A stretch of DNA of 64,000 nucleotides, taken from assembly GCA_050013475.1 (NCBI GenBank), contig JBEKFE010000006.1, forward strand, positions 30,892 through 94,891, in the 5' to 3' direction. Source of the DNA: Bacteroidales bacterium (GTDB taxonomy: Bacteria > Bacteroidota > Bacteroidia > Bacteroidales > VadinHA17). A model generated the notes under the pieces. It worked only from the letters and a program-made list of their open reading frames with translations, did not search any database and was not told the DNA's origin. Of this stretch, positions 37,882 to 49,050 are shown piece by piece; positions within the stretch are counted from its first letter, which is position 1; each line of letters starts with the position of its first letter. Both the position numbers and the translations under genes were made by a program.

Positions 37882-39912
37882 TCATTTCAGGCCGCTTCGT
37901 TCAAGGAAAGCGTCTATGGAAGGCTCTTTGCCCCTGAACCTGATAAACAGGTTCAAAGGCTTGTCTGTCCCTCCCTTTTCGAGGATGTTTATCCTGAACG
38001 AAGCAGCAATATCCCTGTTAAATATCCCATTCTCCCTGAAATACCAGAATGCATCTGCATCCAGGACCTCTGCCCATTTATAACCGTAATATCCTGCTGC
38101 ATAACCGCCACCAAAAAGATGTGCGAACGAACAGCTGATGTTTGCAACTTTTATTTCAGGGAATTGATCGGTTTTATTCATCGCCCGTTTTTCAAGATCC
38201 TCTACCGCGTCATCGAAAGGAGAGGTGAGTGTGTGCCATGCCATATCCAGGAACCCGAATCCCAGTTGCCTTTCACAAGCATATCCCTCATTGAAAGTTG
38301 AAGCCTCCTTTATACGGTCGATCACCTTTTCAGGGATCATCTTTCCTGTCTGATAATGAACTGCCCAGGTTTTGAGCCATTCTTTCTCAAAAGCCCAGTT
38401 TTCCATAAACTGCGATGGAAGCTCAACAAAATCCCTGGCAACATTGGTCCCTGAAAGGCTCTCGTAGGTGCAATCTGTCAGGATCGCATGAAGAGAATGC
38501 CCGAATTCATGAAGGAAGGTAGTTACCTCATTGAAGGTCAGCAATGAAGGCTTTGTTTCGGTAGGTCTGCTGAAATTGGTAACTATAGAGACAAATGGTC
38601 GTATATTAGTTCCATTTTCTTTTCTCTGCTCCCTGTAACATGTCATCCAGGCACCCCCGTTTTTACCCGGCCTGGGATGGAAATCTGCGTAAAACACTGC
38701 CAGCAATTTACCATCTGGATCGGCAATTTCCCATGTAATAACTTCCGGATGATAGACAGGAATATCCTTGTTTTCCCTGAAGCTGATCCCGTACAGCTTT
38801 TCCGCAAGGCTGAAAATGGCTTTCTGTACAGATTCAAGGCTGAAATATGGTTTGAGTATCTCATCATCTATATCGAATCTTGCTTTCTTGAGTTTCTCTG
38901 AATAGTATGCCCAGTCCCATCGTTCGAGATCTCCCTGATGTCCGTTAATCTCCGCGAATTTCCTGATATTTTCAAAGTCACGTTCTGCAGCGGGGTGCGA
39001 TGCCTTGTAAAGGTTTTCCAGGAAGGCATCGACTTTTGAGCGGTTTTCAGCCATACGGTCCTCAAGGACCATTTCAGCGTAATTTTTAAATCCCAGAATG
39101 GTAGCCAGCTCGAGTCTAAGGTTGACAATTCTCTTTACAAGATCCCTGTTGTCATGTTCATTTCCCTGGAATGCTCTTGAGCAATAAGCTTTTAACATTT
39201 TCTCCCTGAGCTCTCTCTTTTCCGAATACTGCATGAAAGGTACATAACTTGGGAAATGCAGAGTGAAAACCCAGCCTTTCTTATTCCTGTCGGAAGCTTC
39301 TTTTGCTGATGTCTCAATTATTCCATCAGGGAGGCCGGCAAGATTTTCCCTGTCTGTAATATGAAGCTCAAATGAGTTTGTTTCTTCAAGTACATTCTCC
39401 TCGAATTTTAGTCCTGATGATGCAAGTTCCTCGCTTATTTCCCTGAAACGGTTCTTCTTCGTTTCATCCAGTCCCGCCCCTCCAAGCAGGAAAGTCCTGT
39501 ATTTTCTTTCCAGGAGTATTTTCTGCTCTGTCGTCAGCTTTTCCTTTTCAGCTGACTCATATACAACTTTTACCCTGGTAAAGAGTTCCTCATTTAGTGT
39601 TATATCGTTTGAAAACCTTGCCAGCATAGGAGATACCCTCTGGGCAACGGACTGGAGTTCTTTCGAAGTTTCTGCGCTGTTAAGGTTGAAGAGCACGGAG
39701 GCAACTCTGCCGACATCCTCTCCGCAGCGTTCAAGAGCTTCGATACTGTTATTAAAATCAGGAGGAGCTGTATTCTCTGTGATTTTTTTAAGCTCTTCAT
39801 TTGCTGATCTGATTGCCTCTTCGGCAGCAGGAATATAATGTTCTGTTTTTATTATGTCGAAAGGGGGCGTCCCGAATGGAGTTTTCCATTCTTTAAGAAG
39901 AGGATTATTCAT
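37882..39912 (-). CDS. dcp: M3-family peptidyl-dipeptidase Dcp / oligopeptidase
   Basis: NPLL..TPFGTPPF start, KNGGAWM, FLHEFGHSLH, DFVELPSQFMEN, GYAAGYYGYKWAEVLDADAF; start placed at MNNPLL. Confidence 0.95.
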   Translation of the reverse strand: MNNPLLKEWKTPFGTPPFDIIKTEHYIPAAEEAIRSANEELKKITENTAPPDFNNSIEALERCGEDVGRVASVLFNLNSAETSKELQSVAQRVSPMLARFSNDITLNEELFTRVKVVYESAEKEKLTTEQKILLERKYRTFLLGGAGLDETKKNRFREISEELASSGLKFEENVLEETNSFELHITDRENLAGLPDGIIETSAKEASDRNKKGWVFTLHFPSYVPFMQYSEKRELREKMLKAYCSRAFQGNEHDNRDLVKRIVNLRLELATILGFKNYAEMVLEDRMAENRSKVDAFLENLYKASHPAAERDFENIRKFAEINGHQGDLERWDWAYYSEKLKKARFDIDDEILKPYFSLESVQKAIFSLAEKLYGISFRENKDIPVYHPEVITWEIADPDGKLLAVFYADFHPRPGKNGGAWMTCYREQRKENGTNIRPFVSIVTNFSRPTETKPSLLTFNEVTTFLHEFGHSLHAILTDCTYESLSGTNVARDFVELPSQFMENWAFEKEWLKTWAVHYQTGKMIPEKVIDRIKEASTFNEGYACERQLGFGFLDMAWHTLTSPFDDAVEDLEKRAMNKTDQFPEIKVANISCSFAHLFGGGYAAGYYGYKWAEVLDADAFWYFRENGIFNRDIAASFRINILEKGGTDKPLNLFIRFRGKEPSIDAFLERSGLK

Positions 39913-39919
39913 GCCAGGG

Positions 39920-42568
39920 TCAGTTGTCGTCATCATCCGTATTTTTATTTCCTGCAAATTTTTCAGGATATGAAGCATTCCCCCTGGCTTCAAACCAGAG
40001 TATCCTGTTCAGGAGGTCGTCATTGCCGCCGTCAATAGCGTCAAATTCCGGAAGCATACTTTTCTTTGCATAGTACAATGCTTTCCCGCTGAGCGACATA
40101 AGCTGAGGATTCAGTTCATCCAGCGGTACCTTATTCGGAATGGCCGTGTATGGAGACAGATCAGCTTCCGTTTTAAAACAATTGGTCATCGGGTTTGCAA
40201 TCGCATCCTGAATATTCATTGGAGGAAGACCCAGTATCTGTTCGATTGTTCTGACCATTGAAGGTTGAGTATAATAAGTATGATTTGTTTTGTTAATTCT
40301 TGAATATGGGCTTAACACAAGAGCCACTGTGCGGTAAGCAGACACATGGTCCCATCCGGATTGCGAATCGTCCTCAACAACAAATATTACTGTATTTTTC
40401 CAGAAGCGGCTCCTGGAAAATGCTTCAACTATCCTTCCAAGAGCATAGTCGTTATCTGCTATCATTGCCTTTGGCGTGGGGTTGCCCGGTCTTGTTCCCG
40501 CTGTATGGTCGTTAGGAAGGGCAACGATCATCAATTCGGGAAGCTGATCTCCCCGACCGGCTTCAAAATCATGCAGTTCCTTTATCAGGGCATCAGCTCT
40601 CATTGCATCTGAAAATTCATGGTTTCCGTAAGATGGATATGTCTGACAAAGAATAGGCTTAACTGGCTCAATTGTAGTTTTATTTGTAAACTCAATTTTC
40701 TCGCCATTTTTGTATTTCTTATAAATGTCAATCCATTTCAGCTTAGGATCAATTACAGGAGAAGATGCCTCGCCATAGATTCTTACCTTCCTGTCGTTTT
40801 TGAGGGCATTGTCCCAAAGGAAACCGGACGGAGAATATACAAGAGCATCAGTCTGCACATGGGGATAGCTTCTGAACCAGGCTGCCATATTCTTCTCAAT
40901 ATAGTCAGTGACAATTGATGCATCAGTCCACTGGTGTCCTTCCGCTGAGCATTTCCCCGATACATGGAAATTGTCGAGAAGAATAAATTCCTCTGCAAGC
41001 TTATGTGTATTCGGAGTAATCTGTTCTCCATACGTGCAAAGAGCTGAATCTCCATCCCCCTGTTTCATATCGCCTAGCACCTGATCATATGTCCTGTTCT
41101 CTTTAATTATGTAGACGACATGCTTAAAAACTGATGGTTCACCGATTCTTTCCGGTACTGGTGCCGGATTGATCGATTGCCTCGGTTTTTCTCTTGAAGT
41201 CAGGGCCCGGGAAAGATTGTTCAGGGCAATCACTGTATCAGTATATGCTTTAAGCTTTCTGTTGTCCGGAATGGCTATTACCGATACGGAGGTACCCATA
41301 TTATGAGAATTATAAGTAAGGTTCCTGGTTGTACTCCTGGTACGACCAAAATTGACTCCTTCACCTTCCAGATTACATACGTACATTAAGCCCTTACCTG
41401 AAACGGTTACAGAAGAAGGGTAGGCTCCTGTTGGAATAAATCCTGTTACAGTACTTCTTTCAACTTGAGTTTTTAAAGGCGGTTCAGTGTATTTCAGTCT
41501 GATCACGGCAATGGCATTATCCATACCATTTACCACATAGAGATACTTTTCGTCAGGCGACAGGCTTAATCCGTCAGGGGAATCGCCAAAAAATGGATTT
41601 ATTTCCGGCTGAAGCCTTACACTTATAGTCTCAATGACCTCATCACTCTTTGTATCTATGACAGATACGTTGTCGCTATTTGAATTTGTGACATAAACAT
41701 AACTGCCATTTTTATTGGCAATTATCTCATTCGGATGAAGTCCGACAACCAGTTCCTTTATGATCCTGCCAGTGGCAGGATCAATAATTGTCACATCACC
41801 TTCGCGGGTAGCACCACCCAAATTTTTATTATCCACTTTGGCTGAACCCCAGGGAACTCCGGCAATTTCCGGATCATTTCCGGCCGGATGCCTTCCTGCC
41901 CAGTTGGTAACATAAAGTTTTCCTGATGCCATTACAATGCCGTATGGTGCAACCCCCGGATCTGATTCCCAGATCATTTGGCCGGTGGAAAGATCCTGCT
42001 TGATGACCCTGTTATTGCCATTCAGAACAACATAAATGTATACGTGATCAGATTCTTTTTTTATCAGGATCTCATTTGGCAAAGCAGTTACTGCAGGGAG
42101 AACGGTCCGGTACTCGAGCACCCTTCCGAATTCAGCTTTTTTACCGTTCCATTTTGCCGATACAACATATGATTTGCCCTGATCATCAGCATTGCTCCAG
42201 AATACTTCCAATCCATTATGGCCATTGTACCAGGTTATTCCCGAATAGGTATTTTTTCCACCCCTTATTTCCGGACGTTCAAAATTTCTCAGAACGAACT
42301 TGACGGTATTATCTCCGGTGCTTATAAATACTATGCTGGATCTTTCTTCCACAGCGAGCCATTTTCCGTCCGGAGAAAGGGCCGCATCCAGAGCATGATT
42401 TTCAAGTGAAGCATCCCCGAAGCGTATCTGAATGCCCGCAGGCTGAATAATCCTGTTCCATGGCAGCTGGAATGATCTGCCACTTCCATCCGGCGGATTG
42501 ATGCTTATCACCTGTGATATGCAGACCGGGGAAACAATGAACAGGGCAATCAGAGATAAGTATTTCAT
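39920..42568 (-). CDS. Bifunctional YncE-type beta-propeller / alkaline-phosphatase-superfamily (phosphoesterase) protein
   Basis: YVTN repeats (LYVTNW, YVYVTNSNSDNVSVID); HVVYIIKENRTYDQVLGD, SAEGHQW, LPNDHT, EDDSQSGWDHV. Confidence 0.9.
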   Translation of the reverse strand: MKYLSLIALFIVSPVCISQVISINPPDGSGRSFQLPWNRIIQPAGIQIRFGDASLENHALDAALSPDGKWLAVEERSSIVFISTGDNTVKFVLRNFERPEIRGGKNTYSGITWYNGHNGLEVFWSNADDQGKSYVVSAKWNGKKAEFGRVLEYRTVLPAVTALPNEILIKKESDHVYIYVVLNGNNRVIKQDLSTGQMIWESDPGVAPYGIVMASGKLYVTNWAGRHPAGNDPEIAGVPWGSAKVDNKNLGGATREGDVTIIDPATGRIIKELVVGLHPNEIIANKNGSYVYVTNSNSDNVSVIDTKSDEVIETISVRLQPEINPFFGDSPDGLSLSPDEKYLYVVNGMDNAIAVIRLKYTEPPLKTQVERSTVTGFIPTGAYPSSVTVSGKGLMYVCNLEGEGVNFGRTRSTTRNLTYNSHNMGTSVSVIAIPDNRKLKAYTDTVIALNNLSRALTSREKPRQSINPAPVPERIGEPSVFKHVVYIIKENRTYDQVLGDMKQGDGDSALCTYGEQITPNTHKLAEEFILLDNFHVSGKCSAEGHQWTDASIVTDYIEKNMAAWFRSYPHVQTDALVYSPSGFLWDNALKNDRKVRIYGEASSPVIDPKLKWIDIYKKYKNGEKIEFTNKTTIEPVKPILCQTYPSYGNHEFSDAMRADALIKELHDFEAGRGDQLPELMIVALPNDHTAGTRPGNPTPKAMIADNDYALGRIVEAFSRSRFWKNTVIFVVEDDSQSGWDHVSAYRTVALVLSPYSRINKTNHTYYTQPSMVRTIEQILGLPPMNIQDAIANPMTNCFKTEADLSPYTAIPNKVPLDELNPQLMSLSGKALYYAKKSMLPEFDAIDGGNDDLLNRILWFEARGNASYPEKFAGNKNTDDDDN

Positions 42569-42610
42569 ACTGATTCTATTTTTTATTCCTGGACCCAATG
42601 AAATTAAAGA

Positions 42611-42635
42611 AAAGGGACCCGTAAAGAGTCCCTTA
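42611..42635. terminator. Hairpin/terminator downstream of the DUF3127 gene
   Basis: AAGGGAC-ccgtaaaga-GTCCCTT with a T-tract on the minus strand. Confidence 0.55.
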
Positions 42636-42641
42636 AGATTT

Positions 42642-43022
42642 TCAGAATGGGAGATCGCTCAGTTCTTCATTTTCAGGCGGAAAGTCCCCTGGATCAGGAG
42701 TTTTGCTCTCAGGCTGTTCACGACCTGATGAAGAGGATCTCTCAATCTTCCAGGCATCGAGGTTGGTGAAATAGTTTACCTTTCCATCACGTTCCCATTT
42801 ATTGCCTCTGATATTGAACCATACTTTGATCTCGTCGTGAAGAAATGATTCATTTATCATTTCACACTTGTCCTGAACAAGCTGGAATTTGATATAATCT
42901 ATAAAGACCGCGCTACCACCGGTTTCTTTTTTCTCAATAACAAATTCGCGTTTCCTGAATTTGTCGCTCACCTGGTTGACCGGCATAACTTCAATTACCT
43001 TTCCTGTTATTTCGTACGGCAT
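42642..43022 (-). CDS. DUF3127 family SSB-like OB-fold protein
   Basis: FRKREFVI, FNIRGNKW..YFTNLDAWKI, acidic C-terminus ending DLPF like SSB. Confidence 0.88.
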   Translation of the reverse strand: MPYEITGKVIEVMPVNQVSDKFRKREFVIEKKETGGSAVFIDYIKFQLVQDKCEMINESFLHDEIKVWFNIRGNKWERDGKVNYFTNLDAWKIERSSSSGREQPESKTPDPGDFPPENEELSDLPF

Positions 43023-43027
43023 ATGGG

Positions 43028-43486
43028 TTAACCTTTGGCTATAATGATTTTTTCAATTTTATCACCTTTCCGTATCTTGTCTATCACTTCAAGTCCTTCA
43101 GTAACTTTACCGAAGCAGGTATGCTGGCGGTCAAGATGCTTTGTATTTGTTCTTCCATGACAGATAAAAAACTGTGATCCACCGGTATCTCTTCCCGCAT
43201 GGGCCATTGAGAGCACTCCCTTGTCGTGATACTGGTTATTCCCTTTAAGCTCGCATTTTATTGAATATCCCGGACCGCCGGTACCCACCCTTGGATCATT
43301 CATGTCTTTTGAATAAGGGCAACCGCCCTGGACCACGAAATCGGGTATCACGCGGTGAAAGGCCAGTCCATCATAGAAACCTTCCTCGGCGAGCTTAACA
43401 AAATTTGAAACAGCACCCGGTGCATCCTTTTCAAAGAATTCAACTTTCATGACACCTCTAAGGGTGTGTATCTCAGCGAATTTCAT
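43028..43486 (-). CDS. Cyclophilin-type peptidyl-prolyl isomerase
   Basis: [45 protein letters not shown]. Confidence 0.95.
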   Translation of the reverse strand: MKFAEIHTLRGVMKVEFFEKDAPGAVSNFVKLAEEGFYDGLAFHRVIPDFVVQGGCPYSKDMNDPRVGTGGPGYSIKCELKGNNQYHDKGVLSMAHAGRDTGGSQFFICHGRTNTKHLDRQHTCFGKVTEGLEVIDKIRKGDKIEKIIIAKG

Positions 43487-43487
43487 C

Positions 43488-44198
43488 TTATTTTTTAACA
43501 ATTTCCAGTAAATCCACTTCAAAGATCAGAGTTGAGAATGGCTTGATGACACTACTTGCCCCTGAGGAACCGTATGCCAGGTTAGCAGGGATGTAAAGCA
43601 TGAATTTTGATCCTACGGGCATAAGCTGCAGACCTTCCACCCATCCTTTAATGACACCTCCTACGGGGAACTGTGCAGGCTGACCTCTGTCGACTGATGA
43701 ATCAAATTTGGTCCCATCAATTAAAGTTCCGGTATAATGAACCTTAACTACGTCTGAAGCAGTGGGTTTCGGACCTGTTCCCAATTTGATAACTTTATAC
43801 TGCAACCCTGAAGCAGTTACTAAAACACCAGGTTTTTCCTTGTTCTTCTGAAGAAAAGAATCACCCTGCTGGATAAGGTTTTTGTATTTTTCCTTATTTA
43901 TTGCTTCCTCTTTTGCCTTTTTTGCCACGTCCTTTTTATTCATGAAGGCAAGAATAAAACCCCTGGCGGCATTATCATCCATAGTGGCTTTACCTGATTG
44001 AGCTTCAATCATAGCTTTTGCTATGGCGGTAGGATTGAGAACAATACTATCCTGCTTAAGTGAATGATAAATATTTACACCGAATGCATATGAAAGGGAA
44101 TCATTCCCATTTGCAATTTTGGTACTCGTGATACCATTTTTCCCACAGGAAACAAGAGTAACAATTGTACACAGTACAAGCAACTGTTTGATTTTCAT
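43488..44198 (-). CDS. FKBP-type peptidyl-prolyl isomerase lipoprotein (FKBP_N + FKBP_C)
   Basis: [45 protein letters not shown]. Confidence 0.95.
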   Translation of the reverse strand: MKIKQLLVLCTIVTLVSCGKNGITSTKIANGNDSLSYAFGVNIYHSLKQDSIVLNPTAIAKAMIEAQSGKATMDDNAARGFILAFMNKKDVAKKAKEEAINKEKYKNLIQQGDSFLQKNKEKPGVLVTASGLQYKVIKLGTGPKPTASDVVKVHYTGTLIDGTKFDSSVDRGQPAQFPVGGVIKGWVEGLQLMPVGSKFMLYIPANLAYGSSGASSVIKPFSTLIFEVDLLEIVKK

Positions 44199-44259
44199 AA
44201 CTGATATTTTAATTTAAGTTTCCGCAAAGATAATATTTTGGTAACAGGAAAAAAGGTTC

Positions 44260-44931
44260 TTAAAATAATTTATCTTTTTTGATTGCTCTTATCATCTGGC
44301 GTTTCCCGGGAGGTCCCTGAAGCATTGATACATCGAAGCCGCACGATCTGAGAGCTCTTTTCACAGTACCCTTGGCCGAATATGTCACGAACACGCCTCC
44401 GGGTGCGGTGACATCCGATATTTTCCTGAATAGCTGTCCGCTCCACATTTCCGGCTGCTTGTCGGGGCCGAACGCATCAAAATAGATAAGGTCGAACAGA
44501 CCGGTTATCTGATCAGAAGTAAAGTCAGATATGAGCTTGGAAAGGGTAAAATTTTCAGTCAGCTTCACTGGCATGTTCCATGCGGCCGAATGAATAAGAT
44601 CCGAAAGGTAGGCACCTTTCTCGCCTGCAAAGGATGAGTGGTTCAGGAGGCTGATCAGATCTTTCTGAAGAGGATATTTTTCAATTGCAGTATAGTAAAC
44701 AGATCTTTCTGCTTCGGATGATCGCATCAATGTAAGCAGGGCATTCAGCCCGGTGCCAAAGCCAATTTCAAGCAGGTGAACAGGATCGGCAGCACAGAAA
44801 TCAAAACCATTCTTTATATAAACCAGCATTGATTCCTGGACTGCACCATTTACAGAATGGAAATGCTCATTCAATTCTGGAACAAACAGCGTATGGGATC
44901 CGTCGGATGTCGTAACCAGCTTATTTGACAT
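44260..44931 (-). CDS. mnmD: tRNA mnm5s2U34 methyltransferase (MnmC N-domain / MnmD)
   Basis: DGSHTL..EHFHSVNGAVQES, EIGFGTGLN, YFDAFGPDKQPEMW, GPPGKRQM. Confidence 0.9.
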   Translation of the reverse strand: MSNKLVTTSDGSHTLFVPELNEHFHSVNGAVQESMLVYIKNGFDFCAADPVHLLEIGFGTGLNALLTLMRSSEAERSVYYTAIEKYPLQKDLISLLNHSSFAGEKGAYLSDLIHSAAWNMPVKLTENFTLSKLISDFTSDQITGLFDLIYFDAFGPDKQPEMWSGQLFRKISDVTAPGGVFVTYSAKGTVKRALRSCGFDVSMLQGPPGKRQMIRAIKKDKLF

Positions 44932-45194
44932 TTGCACGTTTATTCGGGATAAATGAAACTTCTGATGAAGGGTAAAGATATTAAAGACTGAGACCGTTAA
45001 CAAGAAAATTGCAGGCCTTAATCATGACTGATTCCAAAAAGAAAACCAGGTGCTAAGATAAAGATTGCAAGTTTTCAATGTATTTAAAAATTATTTTATA
45101 AACTTTGAAGTGTGACCGGTTTTCCGTCATTTGTTTTGAACTTCACATTAGGGGTATTTGTTTTAATAAACATAAACTGTTAATAATCATTATT

Positions 45195-46157
45195 ATGAAA
45201 GAGAAACGTTCAAGAAGAGATTTTCTGAAGATATCTGCAGCAGGTGCAGTGGGTGCAGTGGTCCTTTCGAGGTACTCTCTGGGGAACACGACTTCAGGAA
45301 AGCCAGCGTATAATTCATCTGCAGTTTCTGTCGATCCGAAATCCTTCGGGATCGGGTTGCAGCTGTATACGATCCGTGATGCAATGGATAAAGATGTTCC
45401 GGGTTCACTTAAAAAGGTGTCGGATACTGGTTACAAGTATGTCGAACTGGCAGGTTATAAAGATGGCAAATTCTATGGTTATGAACCGGCTGAATTCAGG
45501 AAGCTGGTTGAAGGGCTTGGAATGGTCATCCTAAGCAGTCACACTCAGGTAGAGGCAGCAGGCATAACCCTGGAGAATGCAAAAAAGATGGCTGAGGACC
45601 ATGCAAAGGTTGGAACTAAATATTGCATACAGCCATGGGTTGTTCCTGAAGCCCGCAAGCCACTCTCAAACTGGCACAAAATGGCTGCCGACTGGAATGA
45701 GGTCGGAAAGATCATGAAGGCTTCAGGTATCCAGTTTGGTTATCATAACCATAATTTTGAATTTGCAGATCTGGAGGGTAAAAAGCCTTACTTTGATGTG
45801 CTTCTTCCCGAGCTGGATAAAGACCTTGTAACTATGGAAATGGATTTATTCTGGGTTACCAAGGCAGGACAGGACCCTGTGGAGATCTTCAAGAAATTCC
45901 CGGGAAGGTTCCAGCTGTTTCATATGAAAGATATGTTCACAAAAGAGAGTCCGTTTTTTTCAACCGAGGGAGTTAAGGATTTCGCCCCGGTTGGAGCAGG
46001 CGTGATCGATTTCAAGAGGATTCTTGCTGCAAAGGATATTGCCGGGCTGAAGTACATGATAGTTGAGCAGGATAGCAGGGGTGGTAATCCCACACCATTC
46101 GAGGATATCAAGACAAGCATAACAAACCTGACAACAAAAATCCTGGTACAAAAGTAA
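45195..46157 (+). CDS. Tat-exported sugar phosphate isomerase/epimerase (xylose-isomerase-like TIM barrel)
   Basis: SRRDFLK Tat motif; GLQLYTIR, YHNHNFEF, EMDLFW, HMKD, IVEQD. Confidence 0.9.
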   Translation: MKEKRSRRDFLKISAAGAVGAVVLSRYSLGNTTSGKPAYNSSAVSVDPKSFGIGLQLYTIRDAMDKDVPGSLKKVSDTGYKYVELAGYKDGKFYGYEPAEFRKLVEGLGMVILSSHTQVEAAGITLENAKKMAEDHAKVGTKYCIQPWVVPEARKPLSNWHKMAADWNEVGKIMKASGIQFGYHNHNFEFADLEGKKPYFDVLLPELDKDLVTMEMDLFWVTKAGQDPVEIFKKFPGRFQLFHMKDMFTKESPFFSTEGVKDFAPVGAGVIDFKRILAAKDIAGLKYMIVEQDSRGGNPTPFEDIKTSITNLTTKILVQK

Positions 46158-46179
46158 TTTACACAGTTATTCTTAATTA

Positions 46180-46220
46180 ATAAAGGGCAGAGCCGGATCT
46201 TATGGCTTTGCCCTTTTTAT
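46180..46220. terminator. Bidirectional intrinsic terminator
   Basis: AAAGGGCAGAGCC-loop-GGCTTTGCCCTTTTT between convergent genes. Confidence 0.75.
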
Positions 46221-46269
46221 TATCACCTTCAACAGGTCATTGGAGGCTGTCTGAAAAGCCTCCTGTCCT

Positions 46270-46869
46270 TTACCAGTTTGCATTGTACCATGATCTGACA
46301 TCTGTTGCAATCATGCCAGCCCGTTTTGCAGCTTCAATTCCGAGGTCGCCATCCTCGAAAACCTCAACCAGGGACGGTTCGACTTTCATCAGCTCTGCAC
46401 ATTTAAGGAAGGTATCGGGATGAGGCTTATGGTTCACAACGTCATTTGCGGTAACAACAATATCGAAATATTTCTTCATGCCTGTCACCTCAAGGGTCCT
46501 CTCCACTGCAGCACGGTGTCCGCCGGTCCCTACTGCCATAGGCAGTATCCCTGAATATTTTCTTACGATCTCAGCAACCGGTTCAACAGGTCTGATAAGA
46601 TGCTGCATCCTGTAGAATTCATCGAGCTTGACTTTGAGGATATCATCTACCGTGACATTCCCGTTCAGTCCGCTGTGCTCAATTATTGCTGCGGCTATTG
46701 CCCAGCCGGGACTGCCAGTATGAAACCTCAGGAAAGCAGGATCAATGTGTGCCCCGAACTTTTCACACGCCTTCTTCCATCCTTCAAAGTGGATCGGCAT
46801 GGAATCCACAAGAGTTCCATCGAGATCGAAGATCAATCCTTTTACACCTGGTTGAATATTGTATTTCAT
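46270..46869 (-). CDS. HAD-family phosphatase (YqaB/beta-PGM-like)
   Basis: FDLDGTLVDS, KPHPDTFL, FEDGDLGIEAA. Confidence 0.92.
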   Translation of the reverse strand: MKYNIQPGVKGLIFDLDGTLVDSMPIHFEGWKKACEKFGAHIDPAFLRFHTGSPGWAIAAAIIEHSGLNGNVTVDDILKVKLDEFYRMQHLIRPVEPVAEIVRKYSGILPMAVGTGGHRAAVERTLEVTGMKKYFDIVVTANDVVNHKPHPDTFLKCAELMKVEPSLVEVFEDGDLGIEAAKRAGMIATDVRSWYNANW

Positions 46870-46895
46870 ACTTGAAAATAAGTGGCAAATATAGT

Positions 46896-46920
46896 AAAAA
46901 AACCCCGCCGAAGCGGGGCT
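46896..46920 (-). terminator. Intrinsic terminator after transketolase
   Basis: Minus strand AGCCCCGC-TTCG-GCGGGGTTTTTTT. Confidence 0.85.
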
Positions 46921-46938
46921 GATGAATGATCATAATGT

Positions 46939-48981
46939 TTACCTTTTATATTGTGCAAGGTAATCCCTGACCTGGCGATAAACATTCTCTGCAGTGAATC
47001 CGAATTTTTCATCGAGTACTTTGTATGGGGCTGAATAGCCAAAACTTTCAAGGCCCCATACTTTACCCTTACCACCTGCAAGACCCAGTAATGTGACTGG
47101 TAATCCTGCAGTAAGTCCGAAAACCGGTCCGTCAGCCGGTATAACGGATTCTCTGTATTCTTTCGGCTGTGATCTGAAAAGGCCTTCGGAAGGTGCTGAT
47201 ACAATTCTGATCTTAAGTCCCTCTTTCTTCAGAAGGGCTGCTCCTTCAAACAATGTTGCAACCTCCGAACCGCAGGCGACCAGGGTGATGTCAGGTTCGC
47301 CCTTGCAATCCTCAACAATATATGCACCTTTAGATGCATTCAGAGCGTCAGCAAACCTGTCATTTTTCGGTGATGGAAGGTCCTTTATGTTCTGTCGTGA
47401 AAGTATAAGTGCTGTGGGTGTTTTTTTATTTTCAAGTGCCATCTTCCATGCAACTGTTGTCTCAGCGGCATCAGCAGGTCTCAGTACAACCATGCCGTTT
47501 TCACCATGGTGATTCTTAATGTGTTCCATGAGCCTGATCTGGGCCTCCTGTTCAACAGGCTGATGGGTAGGACCGTCCTCTCCGACACGGAATGCGTCGT
47601 GTGTCCAGATATACTTGACTGGCAGACCCATGAGGCATGCCAGTCTGATCGCTGGTTTCATGTAGTCGGAAAAAACAAAGAAAGTGCCGCACACCGGAAT
47701 AACTCCTCCATGAAGGGCCATTCCGTTCATAATTGCAGCCATTGTAAGTTCGGAGACTCCTGCATGGAGGAAAGATCCTGAGAAATCTTTTTTTCGGAAC
47801 GGGCTTGTGTTTTTAAGGAAAGCGTCGGTTTTGTCTGAATTGGCCAGATCGGCAGAGGCAACGATCATATTCTCCACCCTGGTGGCAAATTGTTCCAGCA
47901 TAGCCGCTGATGCTGCCCTGGTGGCGATACCCTCTTTTTGCTTTACTGCCTTATAGTCGATCTCAGGGATCTTTCCTGAATAGAAATAGTGTAGTTTCCT
48001 GTCAAGCTCCGGATTCTTCTTCTCCCATTCATTTTTCTTCTTTTTCCATTCAGAAGCAGCTTCTCTTTTTAATTTAAGAACCTTATCATAATGATCCCTT
48101 ACATCCTCAAATATTACAAAAGGATTTTCGGGCGAACCGCCAAGATTCAAAAGTGATTTTTCGAAAGAGCCTCCCGCTTCACTAACGGGCATTCCATGAG
48201 TTGATGTTTTCCTTTCAAAGCTGTTTCCATCCTTGTCGAGAAGGCCTTTCCCCATTATGGTTTTACCTAATATTAAAGTAGGTCTCTCTTTTTCTTCCAG
48301 AGACTCATTCAGGGCTTTTCTTATCTGATCGTGATTGTTGCCATCTATCTTAATTACGTTCCAACCCCATGATCTGTATTTCATTGCAGTATCCTCAATG
48401 GTAACTGCTTTTGTCTCGGTTGAAAGCTGTATGTCATTTGAATCATAGAACATAATCAGGTTCGAAAGACCAAGAAATCCTGCGATCCTTCCTGCTCCCT
48501 GGGATATCTCTTCCTGTATGCCGCCATCTGAAATAAAGGCATATATTTTATGAGTGAAGAGTTTTCCAAAGCGCGATTCCAGGAATCTTTCTGCAATGGC
48601 AGCTCCGACAGCCATCGTGTGTCCCTGTCCGAGCGGACCGGATGTGTTTTCTATCATCCTCGTGGGGTCGAGTTCAGGATGACCGGGGGTCGGGCTGCCC
48701 CACTGGCGGAAATTCTTGAGATCATCGATCCTGAAATGGCCGGTCAGGGTCAGTACCGAGTAAAGCATCGTGGACATATGTCCCGGATCGAGGAAAAACC
48801 GGTCGCGGTTGATCCATCCCGGATTATCAGGATCAAAATTAAGATACTCCGAGAAAAGTATATGGATATAATCAGCTCCTCCCATTGCACCTCCGGGATG
48901 ACCAGATTTTGCCTTTTCGACCATCGACATGGCAAGAATGCGGATATTGTCCGCCGACCTTAAGTTAATATTGCTGCTCAT
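46939..48981 (-). CDS. tkt: Transketolase
   Basis: KSGHPGG, NRDRFFL, TPGHPE, SGPLGQG, THD..VGEDGPTHQPVEQ. Confidence 0.97.
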   Translation of the reverse strand: MSSNINLRSADNIRILAMSMVEKAKSGHPGGAMGGADYIHILFSEYLNFDPDNPGWINRDRFFLDPGHMSTMLYSVLTLTGHFRIDDLKNFRQWGSPTPGHPELDPTRMIENTSGPLGQGHTMAVGAAIAERFLESRFGKLFTHKIYAFISDGGIQEEISQGAGRIAGFLGLSNLIMFYDSNDIQLSTETKAVTIEDTAMKYRSWGWNVIKIDGNNHDQIRKALNESLEEKERPTLILGKTIMGKGLLDKDGNSFERKTSTHGMPVSEAGGSFEKSLLNLGGSPENPFVIFEDVRDHYDKVLKLKREAASEWKKKKNEWEKKNPELDRKLHYFYSGKIPEIDYKAVKQKEGIATRAASAAMLEQFATRVENMIVASADLANSDKTDAFLKNTSPFRKKDFSGSFLHAGVSELTMAAIMNGMALHGGVIPVCGTFFVFSDYMKPAIRLACLMGLPVKYIWTHDAFRVGEDGPTHQPVEQEAQIRLMEHIKNHHGENGMVVLRPADAAETTVAWKMALENKKTPTALILSRQNIKDLPSPKNDRFADALNASKGAYIVEDCKGEPDITLVACGSEVATLFEGAALLKKEGLKIRIVSAPSEGLFRSQPKEYRESVIPADGPVFGLTAGLPVTLLGLAGGKGKVWGLESFGYSAPYKVLDEKFGFTAENVYRQVRDYLAQYKR

Positions 48982-49050
48982 AAAGATTACGTACCGTTAG
49001 ATAGTTTAACAGTAAACAAAAATATAATTATTTGGCAGAGAAAAAAAATC

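Noticed and set aside
39912-39993. 74-bp overlap between dcp and the phosphoesterase gene; similar long overlaps at tusE, the cyclophilin gene and the qmoC-like gene
   Set aside because: Artefacts of longest-ORF start calls; downstream ATGs give normal N-termini without overlap.
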